Of a stretch of 64,000 nucleotides of DNA, positions 39,062 to 50,200 are shown piece by piece (the stretch's first letter is position 1; the number at the start of each line of letters is the position of its first letter). The notes below the pieces were generated by a model. It was not told the origin of the DNA, ran no database searches, and saw nothing but the letters and a program-made list of their open reading frames with translations. The stretch is from Candidatus Binatia bacterium. GTDB taxonomy: Bacteria > Desulfobacterota > Binatia > HRBIN30. The DNA lies in assembly GCA_038245295.1 (NCBI GenBank), contig JBBRSP010000003.1, positions 288,001-352,000 of the forward strand. Direction: 5' to 3'. The translations under genes were made by a program, and so were the position numbers.

Positions 39062-41828
39062 GCGAGAACCTTTCGGCGATGGCTGAGGTCACACCGCTGA
39101 CCATGGCGAGGGATTTCTGGCGCAGGCCGCCAAGCCACTCGGTTGGGTCAATCGCACGTGCCTCCAACGGGGCACGGATGTCGCGCAGATCAAGCTCCGC
39201 CGCGTGATACGAAGCGACGCAGCATACGGAGACGCTCGGGTCTTCGACGAGGCGTAGGAGCAGGGCGTCGTAGGCAAGCGGTTCGGCATCGAGGTAGGTG
39301 CGTGTCGCCGCCAGGCGCAGTTCCAACGGCTGGTCCTCCGTCAGGTCGACGACGACGCCGCGCAGCGTGGGCCCGAGGAGGTCGTGCAGCAACTCGCCGC
39401 TACTCGATCGTGTGCGCGCGTCGGGGCTGCGACGCCCGTCGTAGAGTTTGCTCCAGTCCTCGTCGCGGTACCGCAGCCCGAGGGCACGGAACAGGCGTTC
39501 CACGGCTAGGCCCTCCTTCTGCGCCAAGAGATCGACCAATAATTGATATCCGGTGGTGCGGCGCGCCGGTTGCTCGACGGCACCCTGCTCGAGAGTGACG
39601 CGCCACTGCAGATTCTGGGCGATGGTGCGCACTTGTTCGTCGACGACGCGGTCGATGAGGGTCGGATCGACGTTGAGGGTGGGAGCGTTGGCAATGAGGT
39701 GACCGAGGCCGCGTAGAATCTTGTAGCGCACCATGCCGGTCGGCTCGCTGAGCAGGGCTGCCAGCAGCGTATCGGCCGCCGCCTGATTGCCGAAGCGCGA
39801 GAGCGTTCGCGGCAGATGGATGCGCACCGAGCGTGGCAAGGTCGGGTCGTGCAGGGCGTTTGTCAGGTGCTCGAGCCCGACATCACCGAACAGAAGCAAC
39901 GCCCGCCGGGTTGGGGCGCGTAGCTCGCGTGTCGCCAATTGCCTGAGCAACAGCGGCAGGTGCGCCGCATCCCCCAAGGTGCCGATGGCGACGATCGCTT
40001 CGCGGCGCGTGGCAATGTCCGCAACGCCGAGCAGGCGCTCCATCAGCGGCGCGAAGGCGGGAATTGCGTTGTCGCGCAGCGCGAGTGCCAAAGACCGGGT
40101 GACATCGTCACCAGGGTTGGCTTCGAGGTAGGGCCCCAGGCGTGCGTCGAAGGTTGGCACGTCGAGGTGCCCCGCGGCCGTCAAGGCGACGAGCGCCGTT
40201 ACCGCAACGGGGGCAGAGTCGGAGGCCGCGGCTTGGCGCAGTAGATCGACATCCGGCTGCAGCAGGGAGCAGGCGCGCATCGTGGCGGCACGCACGGAGT
40301 CGTCGGCGTGATGCAGGAGGTACTTGGCATTCTGCAGGAAGTCGTCGCGGCGCGCTTGCGTGAAAAGGTCGAGGGCGCGCAGGACGACCGGGGGCGAAGG
40401 GTGGTAGAGGACGAGGGCCGGGATGAGGTGCGTGCGCCCGGTCTCATGCAGCAACGACATGGCCGCCGTAACCTTGCCATCATCCGGGCTGCTCAGCGCC
40501 GCGATGAGCGTTTCCAGGGAAGCCATGTCGAGCTCCGGGAAATCGATCTGCATGGCGATGGCCCCTTCGCCGAGCGTCTCGCGAAACAGGTCCAGGTACG
40601 GTTGGCGCAGCGACAGGGCCAGATAGATCCAAGCCATCGTACAGGCGATTAGGATGGGGCCGATCAGCCGCTCCGACGGAGCGATGGCCAGCCAGCCGAG
40701 GATCAGCAGCGACGCCAGCGCCTGGCCGCCACGATGTGCCAGAATATCGCTGACCGCTTTGACCGCGCTCCGTAACCGCGGTGACAGCGGCACATAAAGC
40801 AACTCGGTGGCCGTCTTGTGGAGCGACCAACGCAACACGCCGTCGACGCCTCGCAAACAGAGTACGGCGGCCAGACCGCCGGTGATGGTCAGCAGCACGC
40901 CGCCGCCGAACAGGAGCACCGGCTGCAGCGCCAGCGCCTCGGTGACGCCGCGGGCGCGCACGAAGGGCACCACGGCGGTGAACAACAACAGCAAGGCCAG
41001 GAGATCGAAGAGAAAGTAACTAGCCGCCAGAAAGGATCCGAGCTGTGCCGGGCTGATCTCGCGCGCCACGACGGTCTTGAAGATGAAGTCTCCCAGCGTG
41101 ACGGTAACGCTGGCGACGAGAAGCAGCAGCGCGACTCGGCGCATGTAGTTGTGACGCAGGGCCAGGCTGATGCTTTCACGAATGCTCAATTCTTCGTGCG
41201 CCGGGCGCGCGATGACTGTCGCGGCATCGTCGCTGGCGCGGCACGCTTGTGCCCTGGCCATCAGGTACGAAGCACCGGCACTGAGCAAGAAGACGGCGGC
41301 GCTGACGCCCAGGAGGTAACGCGGCGCCATATAACGCGCCGTCACGCCGGCGAGCCCGTACCCGACGAGTGAGCCGAGTAGCGGCCCTGCGGCGATCACC
41401 GGGAACACTCGTTTGGCCTGCGTCGGCGTGAAGCGATCGCTCAGCATCAACCAGAAACGCAGCAGGATGAGGGTCGAGGCGAGCCCGCCCCACACATACA
41501 AGGCATAGAGAGCAGCCGCTGGTTTCGTCTCGCTCAGCAGAAACAACAGGGCCAGGTTGCCGGTCGCGGCGGCGATCTGCAGCAGGATCAGCTTCTCTGC
41601 GTGCTGCTGTGGTGCGGCTGAACCAGAAAATAGCCGCGTCGCCGCCAACGCCAAACCCGCCAAGACCAGGTAGACCCAGGGCAGATGGCTGGCGGGAAGA
41701 TGGGACAGGAACAGGGCGTCGCGAGCCGTTTCGAGCATCGAGTGGGCGACGAGAACCAGGAACACCGTGATGGTGGCCCAGATCGTCGCGCCGCGTTCAT
41801 CGGGATGGACGTCAGCCAACCAACGCAT
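39051..41828 (-). CDS. NTT/Npt-like MFS transporter fused to HEAT repeats
   Basis: About 12 TM helices (ETARDALFL, QAKRVFPVI, ELLYVPL), then roughly 500 aa of helical HEAT-like repeats. Confidence 0.82.
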   Translation of the reverse strand: MRWLADVHPDERGATIWATITVFLVLVAHSMLETARDALFLSHLPASHLPWVYLVLAGLALAATRLFSGSAAPQQHAEKLILLQIAAATGNLALLFLLSETKPAAALYALYVWGGLASTLILLRFWLMLSDRFTPTQAKRVFPVIAAGPLLGSLVGYGLAGVTARYMAPRYLLGVSAAVFLLSAGASYLMARAQACRASDDAATVIARPAHEELSIRESISLALRHNYMRRVALLLLVASVTVTLGDFIFKTVVAREISPAQLGSFLAASYFLFDLLALLLLFTAVVPFVRARGVTEALALQPVLLFGGGVLLTITGGLAAVLCLRGVDGVLRWSLHKTATELLYVPLSPRLRSAVKAVSDILAHRGGQALASLLILGWLAIAPSERLIGPILIACTMAWIYLALSLRQPYLDLFRETLGEGAIAMQIDFPELDMASLETLIAALSSPDDGKVTAAMSLLHETGRTHLIPALVLYHPSPPVVLRALDLFTQARRDDFLQNAKYLLHHADDSVRAATMRACSLLQPDVDLLRQAAASDSAPVAVTALVALTAAGHLDVPTFDARLGPYLEANPGDDVTRSLALALRDNAIPAFAPLMERLLGVADIATRREAIVAIGTLGDAAHLPLLLRQLATRELRAPTRRALLLFGDVGLEHLTNALHDPTLPRSVRIHLPRTLSRFGNQAAADTLLAALLSEPTGMVRYKILRGLGHLIANAPTLNVDPTLIDRVVDEQVRTIAQNLQWRVTLEQGAVEQPARRTTGYQLLVDLLAQKEGLAVERLFRALGLRYRDEDWSKLYDGRRSPDARTRSSSGELLHDLLGPTLRGVVVDLTEDQPLELRLAATRTYLDAEPLAYDALLLRLVEDPSVSVCCVASYHAAELDLRDIRAPLEARAIDPTEWLGGLRQKSLAMVSGVTSAIAERFSHEA

Positions 41829-41834
41829 ATGTCC

Positions 41835-42560
41835 TCAGAAGGTGACCTGCAGTGCCAGGCCCGTGCCGTTTGGCGCAACGTGCCACGCCACGGGTTGCGG
41901 CGCGCGCGCGAATCGGCGCTGATACTCCTCCCAATCGTTGGCCGGCCACCAGGGTTGGCTCCACAGGGCTACCTCGCCAACCGCGATTCCGATTCCGGCC
42001 GAGCGCCAAGCACGCGTGCGATCGTCAAAACCCTTCCAGACAATGAGGGCGCCGGCGGTGTTGATGCCGACGTTCAGGGCATGGCGCAGCCAATTGAACC
42101 GGTTGTCGGAAACATCGGCGTTGGTCTGCAACTGCGTCTCGGCAAGCGCCAGTTGGGCGCGCCGTTCGGCCGGGGTCTTGCCGGGCAGGGCGCGGACCGA
42201 ATCGGCGCCATCTTTCGCTGCGAGCGGACGCAGCAGGAGTCCGGTTACGCCACCCGCCGCTTTGACGGCGCTGACGATGTAGTCGGCGCGTTCACCCTTG
42301 GTGTCGGAGAGGCCCGCCCGGACACTTTGGACGACGACGCCGGTTCCATAGAAGGCGGTCCAGCCGTGCCACCAGTACCAGGCATAGTCGCGACCCGAGT
42401 CGAGATGCTCCTCGAGAAAGGCCAGTCGGCGGTCGACCTCCGAGTCGCTCATCTGCTCGACGTGCGCCAGAATGTTTGGCGCCTCCGCGGCAAACGAACC
42501 GAGAGGAGCGAGCAGTAGCAAGACGTAGAGGAGCGACGGCGTCAGACGTTTCAACATCAT
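41835..42560 (-). CDS. exported hypothetical protein
   Basis: Signal peptide (…LGSFA-AE), Gly/Ala-rich hydrophobic helices, C-terminus GLALQVTF. Confidence 0.7.
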   Translation of the reverse strand: MMLKRLTPSLLYVLLLLAPLGSFAAEAPNILAHVEQMSDSEVDRRLAFLEEHLDSGRDYAWYWWHGWTAFYGTGVVVQSVRAGLSDTKGERADYIVSAVKAAGGVTGLLLRPLAAKDGADSVRALPGKTPAERRAQLALAETQLQTNADVSDNRFNWLRHALNVGINTAGALIVWKGFDDRTRAWRSAGIGIAVGEVALWSQPWWPANDWEEYQRRFARAPQPVAWHVAPNGTGLALQVTF

Positions 42561-43969
42561 TCTCCCATGCGGCGTGGGCTGCGAGCGAAGACGCCCACCG
42601 AGGGTGGGTCGCCTTTGCGCGGGTCGTAGACACGCTGCATGAGGATGCGCGTGCGGAAGGCCGGCTGCGAAGCGATCGGTTGTAGATCGATCGATAAGGC
42701 CGGCGATGTCGGCGTTTGGTTGGAAAGAGTCGTCGACTCGTCGAAATGCCGGCCGGCCGCTACCGCACAGGCAAGCCACGCGATGACGACCAGCAGACTG
42801 ATTACGGCCAAAGCCTGGACCGAGTCGGCCAGCAACCAGGTCGTCGACGCAAGGATTAGCAGCGAGCTGAGCCCCTTGGCAAAGCGCATCAGGAACATGT
42901 CGATGAACGCTTTGGCCTGATACTTCGTCGCCTCGTCGGTGGGCGTGTAAAGGACTTCCTTGGCCGCCTGATTGAGCGAGTAGCTCAGCGCCGCATCACT
43001 GAAGAAGGCGGTGGCAATCACGGCAAACAGAGGCATCACCAGGAACGAGGCGCTGCCGAGAGCGAGACACACGGGCAGGATGAGCAGCCCGACGCGAGGC
43101 CCCCAACGGCGCAGGACGGCGGTGGTGACGACGAATTGCACGATTGCCGAGACGACAATGGCGGCTGTGCTGAAACGTCCGAGGAAGGCTGCCATCGCGG
43201 CCTCGTCGGTGAAGCGCAAGGCGACGAACGTGTTGAACTGGTAATCGATGATGTTGGAGACGATCTCGTAGAGGATTACGATCAGGGCGATCGAGGTCAG
43301 ATAGCTCGATCGGAACGTCAGCCGGGCGCCGTTGACGGCGTCTTTCAGCGCCGACTCGGGGCGCGCCACGGTGGCGACAGCCGCGTCGCTGTGGTGCGCC
43401 ACCCAGCGCGCCGCGCCGGCGATGCCGAGAAGTAAGGCGACACAGACGAGGAGCAGGTTTGCCGGGCCAAGATTCTGGGCGCCAAAGCCGGTCAATCCAC
43501 TCCCGAGAGCTCCGCCGATGATGCCGCCGGCGCCGATGAAACCGTAGTCGCGCCGCGCTTGCTCCGGCGAAGTCACGTCGTTGGCGAAGCTCCAAAACAG
43601 AGCGACCATTACGGAGTTGAAGATGTCGACGTAGAAGAAATAGACGTACTGCATCCACGTGCCGCTGCCGAAGGTGAACTTCCACCAGAAGAACAGCGAA
43701 CCCAGGCTGAAGGTCACCACACAGAAATAGACGATATGCTCGCGGCGAAACCGCGCGGCCAGGCTGGAATAGAGGAGTACGACCGGCAGCATGAGGGCTG
43801 CCGTTCCTAGCTTTACCCACGGCAACCCTCTGGGACCAACCGTGGTGAGGAAGTGCGAGGTGCGAATCGGCTTCTGAATCCAGAACGCCGCGATGACGAG
43901 CAAAAAAAAGACAAACAGACCGACGATGCGCGCCCGCTCTCGTCGACGTTCATCGAGAGTCCCCACCAT
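42557..43969 (-). CDS. Npt1/Npt2 (NTT, ATP/ADP translocase-like) nucleotide transporter
   Basis: QKPIR, FWSFANDV, EQARRDYGFIGAGG and YSLNQAAKEVLYTP...KYQAKAFID. Confidence 0.85.
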   Translation of the reverse strand: MVGTLDERRRERARIVGLFVFFLLVIAAFWIQKPIRTSHFLTTVGPRGLPWVKLGTAALMLPVVLLYSSLAARFRREHIVYFCVVTFSLGSLFFWWKFTFGSGTWMQYVYFFYVDIFNSVMVALFWSFANDVTSPEQARRDYGFIGAGGIIGGALGSGLTGFGAQNLGPANLLLVCVALLLGIAGAARWVAHHSDAAVATVARPESALKDAVNGARLTFRSSYLTSIALIVILYEIVSNIIDYQFNTFVALRFTDEAAMAAFLGRFSTAAIVVSAIVQFVVTTAVLRRWGPRVGLLILPVCLALGSASFLVMPLFAVIATAFFSDAALSYSLNQAAKEVLYTPTDEATKYQAKAFIDMFLMRFAKGLSSLLILASTTWLLADSVQALAVISLLVVIAWLACAVAAGRHFDESTTLSNQTPTSPALSIDLQPIASQPAFRTRILMQRVYDPRKGDPPSVGVFARSPRRMGE

Positions 43970-43983
43970 TTGGCGGTAAGAGG

Positions 43984-43999
43984 AGCAACGCTTGTGCCC
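43984..43999 (-). promoter_or_regulatory. sigma54 -24/-12 promoter
   Basis: GGGCACAAGCGTTGCT (GG-N10-GC); the GC lies 15 nt before ATG 43969. Confidence 0.65.
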
Positions 44000-44228
44000 G
44001 CAGCGCGATAACCGGGGTTGCACAGGAAAGCGAAGTCAGGGGCCGAGACCCGGGGTAAGGTTTACAGACGTTGTGGAGGAGTTCGCCCGCCAGGCTTCGG
44101 CGAACGCAGTTAGAGACTAGCGAGCGTTACCCAGGCCATCCCGTGAAACGGCGGCCGAGCCTCCCAATCACGCGTATTGAGGACGAAACGAAGCGCACGG
44201 AGCGGCACCTGCCGGTACCAAGAATTTC

Positions 44229-44617
44229 GGTAGCGGGTCCGGTTGATTTCCAAGGGTAGGCAACGTCATTCCGGCGAAAGAGTATGTCGATTTACTCGGG
44301 AACCATATGTTTTGAAACCGAGCAGACCTATCCGTCATATCGGCGGAAGAGACGGTCCATTTTCTCTGATTCATCGTTTGAAACTACGCAAACACCTCCG
44401 TCATACCGGCGAAAGCCGGGGTATCTCCCCATCGTGTTTGGCCTTCCACTCGAGGAGATCCCGGCTTCCGCCGGGATGACGTTGCTTCATTTTGGTTTTA
44501 CGACAGTCTCGAAAGCCGGGATCTCCTCAAGCGGAAGCCTGGAAAGGCCGGCGAGATTCCGGCGTTCGCCGGAATGACGAATCCTCGCCGCCTCGGTTTT
44601 CAAATGAACCCATTACC
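44229..44617. mobile_element. MITE-like element containing REP-type hairpins
   Basis: Imperfect terminal inverted repeats GGTAGCGGGTCCGGTTGA / TCAAATGAACCCATTACC (13/18 match); internal GTCATWCCGGCGAAAG...CGCCGGRATGACG palindromes; no transposase. Confidence 0.6.
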
Positions 44618-46418
44618 AGGAGTCCCCGCTGCCGAAAATGCACTGACCGGGCGGCGGGTGCCCGTGCAGTTTGCGCTGGTCTTGACGCCGCTCGGTTATG
44701 CGAGCCTCGGTTATGCAATCGTCAAACACGACCTGTGGGACATCGACCGCATCGTGCGTCGCACCTTTGCCTACGTTTTGGTGAGCATGATCGTTCTGGC
44801 AGGGTATGCCGGACTTCTCGAAGCGTCTCTTCGTTGGATGCCGGCGATTGGAAGTGAGGGGCAGACTCTCCTCGGAATGGGCTTCGTTCTGGCCCTTGCC
44901 GTGTTTCTCGATCCCTTGCGTGGCGCCGTGCAATCGGTCGTGGACTCGGCGTTTTTTCGCCGACGGTTGGACTATCGTGCGACGATCCGTGAGCTGAGCG
45001 CGGTGATGACGACGTTGTTGGACCTGCGCGAGATCATCGCGCAGGTCACGCGCGTCGTGACCGACGGCATGCAGCTCGAGTCGATGACCACCGGCCTGAC
45101 GGCCGAGCATGGACGAAGTGTGGTGTGGCAACGCTCGGCAGAGGGGGAACTACAATCGAGCGACGCCGGGCGTGAGGTTGTAGCCCTGGCCGGTGCGGCG
45201 ATTCAAGCGCCGATCGCGGACGTGCGCGCCGTGACGGGTCAGATCGATGATCCCGTCGAGCGAGCGGCGGCGCAGGCTCTGATTGTCGCGACCCGGGCGC
45301 AGCTGGTGATTCCGGTGAGCTTTCAAGGAACGTCGATCGGCGTGCTGCTCCTCGGCTCGCGGCGCTCCGGCTTGCCGCTGGAATCAGAGGCGATTGATCT
45401 GCTGCGGACCCTCGCGGATCAGAGCGCCATTGCGGTCCAGAACGCCCACGCACACGCGGCGCTGGAGGCGCTGAATCGCGACCTCGATGCGCAGGTGCGG
45501 GTGCGTACCCGTGAGCTGCGCGAAGCATACGATGAGTTGAAGAGCGCCCAGGCGCAGCTCATCCAATCTGAAAAGATGGCGTCACTCGGTCAACTGGTGG
45601 CGGGAGTCGCACACGAGCTCAACAACCCGGCCAGTTTCTTGTACGCCGGCCTCGAGAACATCGAGGAAAGTGTCGGCCGTTTACGCACCGTGTTGCAGGC
45701 GTATGAGGCGATTCCGGTCAGCGACCCGGCTGTGCGGGCTCACCTCGACGATGTTCGCGAGCGCGAACAACTCGCCTCCGTTTTGCAGGAACTTCCGGGG
45801 TTACTGAGTATCAGTGGGGAAGGGTTGGATCGGATCAAACGCATCGTCGACGACCTGCGCGTCTTCGCGCGCGCCGATAGCGGCGAGCGCGTTCGCACGG
45901 ACGTCGTGAAAGGGATCGAAGCCAGTTTGCGACTCCTGGGAAATCAGCTGTCGCGATCGCGCATCCGGGTTGTGGTGGAAGCCGAGCCGCAGCTGCCCAC
46001 TATCGAGGCCAATGCGTCACAGCTCAATCAGGTCTGGATGAATCTGTTGTCGAACGCCATTGATGCCGTGTCGGAACGCCGCGAGCCCGAGATTCGGGTC
46101 GGCGTCCGGCTTATCGCTGTGCAAGATTCGGCGCGCGTGCTGGAGGTGGAGATCAAGGACAATGGGCGTGGCGTCGAGGCGACTCATCTACGGCGCTTGT
46201 TCGAGCCGTTCTTTACTACGAAGCCGATTGGTCAAGGCACCGGGCTCGGCCTCAGCATCGCGTACGGCGCTGTCAAAGCGCATGGCGGGACGATTGAGAT
46301 CGAGAGTGAACCGGGCGGCGGGACCCGCGTCAGCGTGCGGCTCCCCGCCGAAGAGCCGACGCCACCCCCCACGCCAGAGGCGAGAAGGGTGGCGGAAGCG
46401 GTTAGGCGTGAAGCCTAG
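44618..46418 (+). pseudogene. GAF plus histidine kinase, probably 5'-truncated
   Basis: QLIQSEKMASLGQLVAGVAHELNNP and N/G1/F/G2 boxes are intact, but the ORF start (44574) lies inside the MITE and the protein begins mid-membrane-domain (YAIVKHDLWDID). Confidence 0.6.
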
Positions 46419-46906
46419 CGACAAGCGGTTCCGACGTTGGCCCAGTCGCCGTCGGCACACAGGAACGTCACGCCGGCTTTACAAACGGTCGAGTTGCTGG
46501 CGACGGTGACGTCGTTGAGCATGCACGTACGCGTGCCGCCGACGGCTCGCATCGGCACATCACCGACGGTACACGTCAGGCCGGTACTGATCCAAGCACC
46601 GTCGTCACAGCGCTTCTGCGTGCCAGCCTGGCAGCTCGATGAACCCGGCGAGTAGCTGATGCCGGAGAGGATACAGGCTGGGGCGATAGCCTTGGCGGAG
46701 ACATCGTCGCAGGCGCGGCTGAGCGATTCCCACTTGCCGTCGTCACAGCGGTGCAGTGTGCCTGCCTGGCACATGCTGCCACCGTCGGAGGAGGTGCTTC
46801 CCTTGTATACGCAGGAGCTACCCGCCATCGCACTCGTGCAGGCGGTGCTGCTGATCGTCAAGGCGGCTGCGAGGACCAAGCCTCGGATTCCCAGTGTCTT
46901 CATCAT
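46415..46906 (-). CDS. exported Cys-rich protein with three 4-Cys repeats (DUF1496-like)
   Basis: Signal peptide; 3 x C-x13-C-x7-C-xDG-x-W-x6-C; AAAGGAG RBS. Confidence 0.78.
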   Translation of the reverse strand: MMKTLGIRGLVLAAALTISSTACTSAMAGSSCVYKGSTSSDGGSMCQAGTLHRCDDGKWESLSRACDDVSAKAIAPACILSGISYSPGSSSCQAGTQKRCDDGAWISTGLTCTVGDVPMRAVGGTRTCMLNDVTVASNSTVCKAGVTFLCADGDWANVGTACR

Positions 46907-47132
46907 GATGCGTCTCCTTTTGCTCTGTTGACCGGCGTCCGCGGCAACCGTTGCCGTGTTGGCGGAGTCAGTGACCGCGCCCGCGAATTCCAATGGATGC
47001 GTGTGCCGGTCGTTTGGTTGCTGGTGTTGTAACTACGCGAGTCGGGGAGGCGGCGTAATCTCGGAGTACTACGCGCGTGGTTCTACGGCAGCTTCAACTC
47101 GGCATCAGCGTGCGCTGCCCATCTAGAACGAA

Positions 47133-47177
47133 CCACTCCCCCAGCCTGCAGTGCAGGCGTGGGGGACTGGGGAGTGC
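47133..47177 (-). terminator. hairpin downstream of the giant adhesin gene
   Basis: CACTCCCC...GGGGAGTG stem about 35 nt past the 47213 stop. Confidence 0.4.
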
Positions 47178-47212
47178 AATCAGTGTGGGTGAGAGCCGAG
47201 CGAAGCGGTGTC

Positions 47213-50200
47213 TCACCTGCACTGGAGCGTTGTCGTGGTGATGCCCGTGCGCAGCTGGCAGACGGAGAATAGAATATCCAACACGTAGCCGTCGCTGTCC
47301 GCCACGCGTACCCGAAGGGGCGCCGTCAACGTCGGCGCTTCCGGCGTCGGGAGCTTGAAGTTGATCTTCCCACGCAGCGTGGTGATGCCGTCCCGCCCGT
47401 AGACGAAGTGCATGCGATCGACGTGGACGACGTCATCATTGGTAAAGCAGTACGAGTCCACCCCGCCCGGGCAGGATCCCTGATTCAGCGGAAGTAGCTC
47501 CAGGGTCTCCTCCAGCGTACCGCCCTGGCTGTCGCTGATCGTCAGGGTGACAGGCGCGATCGTCATCGGGCCGGTCCAAGATGTGTCGAAGCAGCCTGGT
47601 GGCGCGACGCATCGGGTCGCCGAGAAGATGACCTTGGCATGGAGCGGATCTCGGTTTGACCACAGCAACTTGAACTTCCGGTTGCCTCCACACGGCTCCG
47701 GGGTTCCGGGCGGCCGTCGGGTGCGCGTCGGGGGTGGGGTGAATGTCGATGCCCGGGTTGGGGTACTGCGGACTCCCGTTGGGGTACGTGTGGGAATCGG
47801 CGTCACGTCGGTTCCGGGGCGGGTGCGCGTCGGCGTCGCTGAAGGCACGGGTGTGAGCGGGGTGGCCGTCGGTGTCGGGCCAACACCGGAAACGGACGTT
47901 GGATCGGTCGCCGTGTTGTTCGAGATGTTCCCGTCGCCATCCGTCGTCACGCTCGCCACATTGATAGAGATCGGCGACGCCGAGCTGTCGACGCGGACGA
48001 CGAGCAGGATGGAGCTGATGGAGCCCGGGGGCAACGGTGCCGTGCGTACGCACGTCATGGTCTGCGATGCGCCCGAGCACGCGAAAGCTCCACCGCTGGC
48101 CGACACGTAAGAGAATCCCGTTGGTAAGGTGTCGATTACCGTTATGGTGCCGGTCGTCGCGAGGCTGCCGACGTTGGTCACGGTCAGGGTGTAGGTTCCG
48201 TTCTGCCCTGGTGCGAATGTCCCGGAATGCTGCTTCCGGATGGCCAAGTCGATCGCCAGGGCCTGTATTGTGTAGGCGGTGCTGTCGGTGGCTGTGTTGC
48301 CGACTCGATCAGTGACCGTCGCCGTATTGGTGATGCGGGTACCGGCGGCGACGGCGTTGTCGATATCGACGTCAAACGTGACCGTTGCCACCTGGCCGGC
48401 TGCCATCGTGCCGAGGTTTACCGAGACGGGAGACTCCGAGACCACGGCGCCCTGACTCGTGATCACGCTGCCCGGCACGATCGTCGTGTTCGCCGGAGCT
48501 GGATCGGTGAGGAAGACGTCGATGGCCATCGCCGAGCCGGTGTTCTGCACCGTCATCTTGTAGCGCACGCGCTCGCCACCATTCGGACCGCCGCTGTTGT
48601 TGTTGTCGCCGATCAGTTGATAGGTCTTGTCGAGAATCAGTCGCGGTGTGCCAACCGAACCCGGCGGCAGGGAGTCGATGCACGTTGGCTGCACGCCGTC
48701 CGCGATGCTGGGGTTGTTGTCTGTGAGACTTGGGCTGGTCTGTAGCGAGTCACCACTGCCCTGGTTGCAGATAGTCCCGGTCCCGGTGACTGTGCCGATC
48801 ACCGTGATCGTGACCGACGCGTTCGGCAGCAGAGTGCCAATGTCGCCGATGAAGATCGTGTTCGAGGGGGGCGGCGCTGTTCCCTGTGTAGTGCTGATTG
48901 CGGTCACGGCGATACTCGACGGCACGGTGTCGTTGAAGACGACGTTAGTAAGTATCGACGCGCCGGTATTCTTAAGCGTGATGAGATAACGAATCACGTC
49001 GCCCGGATTGATCGTGCCGACGGGTGGAACCGTGTCACTGACAATTTCGACATACTTTTCGGCACGCAGGCGGTGCGCCGGGATCCCCTGGCCGGTGATG
49101 ACGTCGGTGGGCTGGTCGCCGTTCTTGTCGTTGCCGTCCACGTCGGTGGGCTCCGGCACGGTCTGGTTCGAATCGACGCTGCCCTGGTTCGAAATCACGA
49201 CGCCATGGGCCGTCCCGGCGAGGACGCGAGCCTCGAACGTAATGCTGACGGTCTGACCGGTGGTCATCGACCCGACATTGACGCGCAACGTCGGGCGACC
49301 GGAGTCGTTGGTCGTTCCTTGCGTTGAGGACAGAGTGCCGTTCACGTATGTCGTTTGGATCGGCACTGTATCGGTAAACACTACGCCGGTTACCGGGGCG
49401 GACGTGTTTATGAGCGTCACGGTGTACTGAAGGATGTCGCCCGGGTAGACCTCGCCGCCGTTCAGGTCGATGACGGTCTTGGTCGCGTCGATGAAGGCAT
49501 TCTCGTTTGGAGTGACGGTGGCGCTGCTGCCGCTCGTGTAGTCGTTTAGCCCGCCTATACCGTCCCCGCCGTTGCGTCCGTTGTCCGGCGCTCCGGTCGC
49601 CCCAGGTATGCCTGCCCAGGTCAGCGCGACGTTGTTGGTGAGCGGCGCCCCAATCTGTGCTCCCAGATCGATGGTTGCCTGGTAGGTGAACGTGGTGTTG
49701 CCGGCGAGCAGTGTCAGGGCCGAAATGCGGAACTGCAGGTTCTGTCCAGCCGCCGTTACGTCGGCCGCGGGCAACGTCGCCGAACCGGGTACGTAGGTGA
49801 GCCCGGGGGGCAGGACATCGTTCAATACGAGATCGTATGCATCCGCCGTGCTGCTCGGCGCATGGCGGACTTGCACCGTGTAGGTGACGATGTCGCCAAG
49901 CGACTGTGAGACCGGATCGGCACTTTTCAGGACTTCAAGGACGGGCTCGATGAGGCTGATCGGCACGCCTTGGAAGCCCGGGGTGCCGGCGTCATGGTCG
50001 AAGTTGAGAGTGGTGGAGCCGTACTGCACGGTGAGCGATGAGCCATTAGCCTGCTCGCCGTTGCGTAGAATCGTACCGCTCTGGTTCGCCAGGATGTTGT
50101 CGACGCGGGCCGTCAGCGTAATTGCGACGAAGTCGTCACTCGAGCTGGAATTGCCGGGATCAATGACGTTGCCGAAGTTGAACTGCACCGTTTGGCCGCT

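Noticed and set aside
46921..47040. sigma54 promoter for the Cys-rich gene
   Set aside because: GGCAACGGTTGC has N8 rather than N10 spacing, and the GGCAC site lacks the -12 GC.
47213..47695. Adhesin as the exosortase substrate or an autotransporter
   Set aside because: No C-terminal TM helix with basic tail, and no beta-barrel with terminal aromatic residue.
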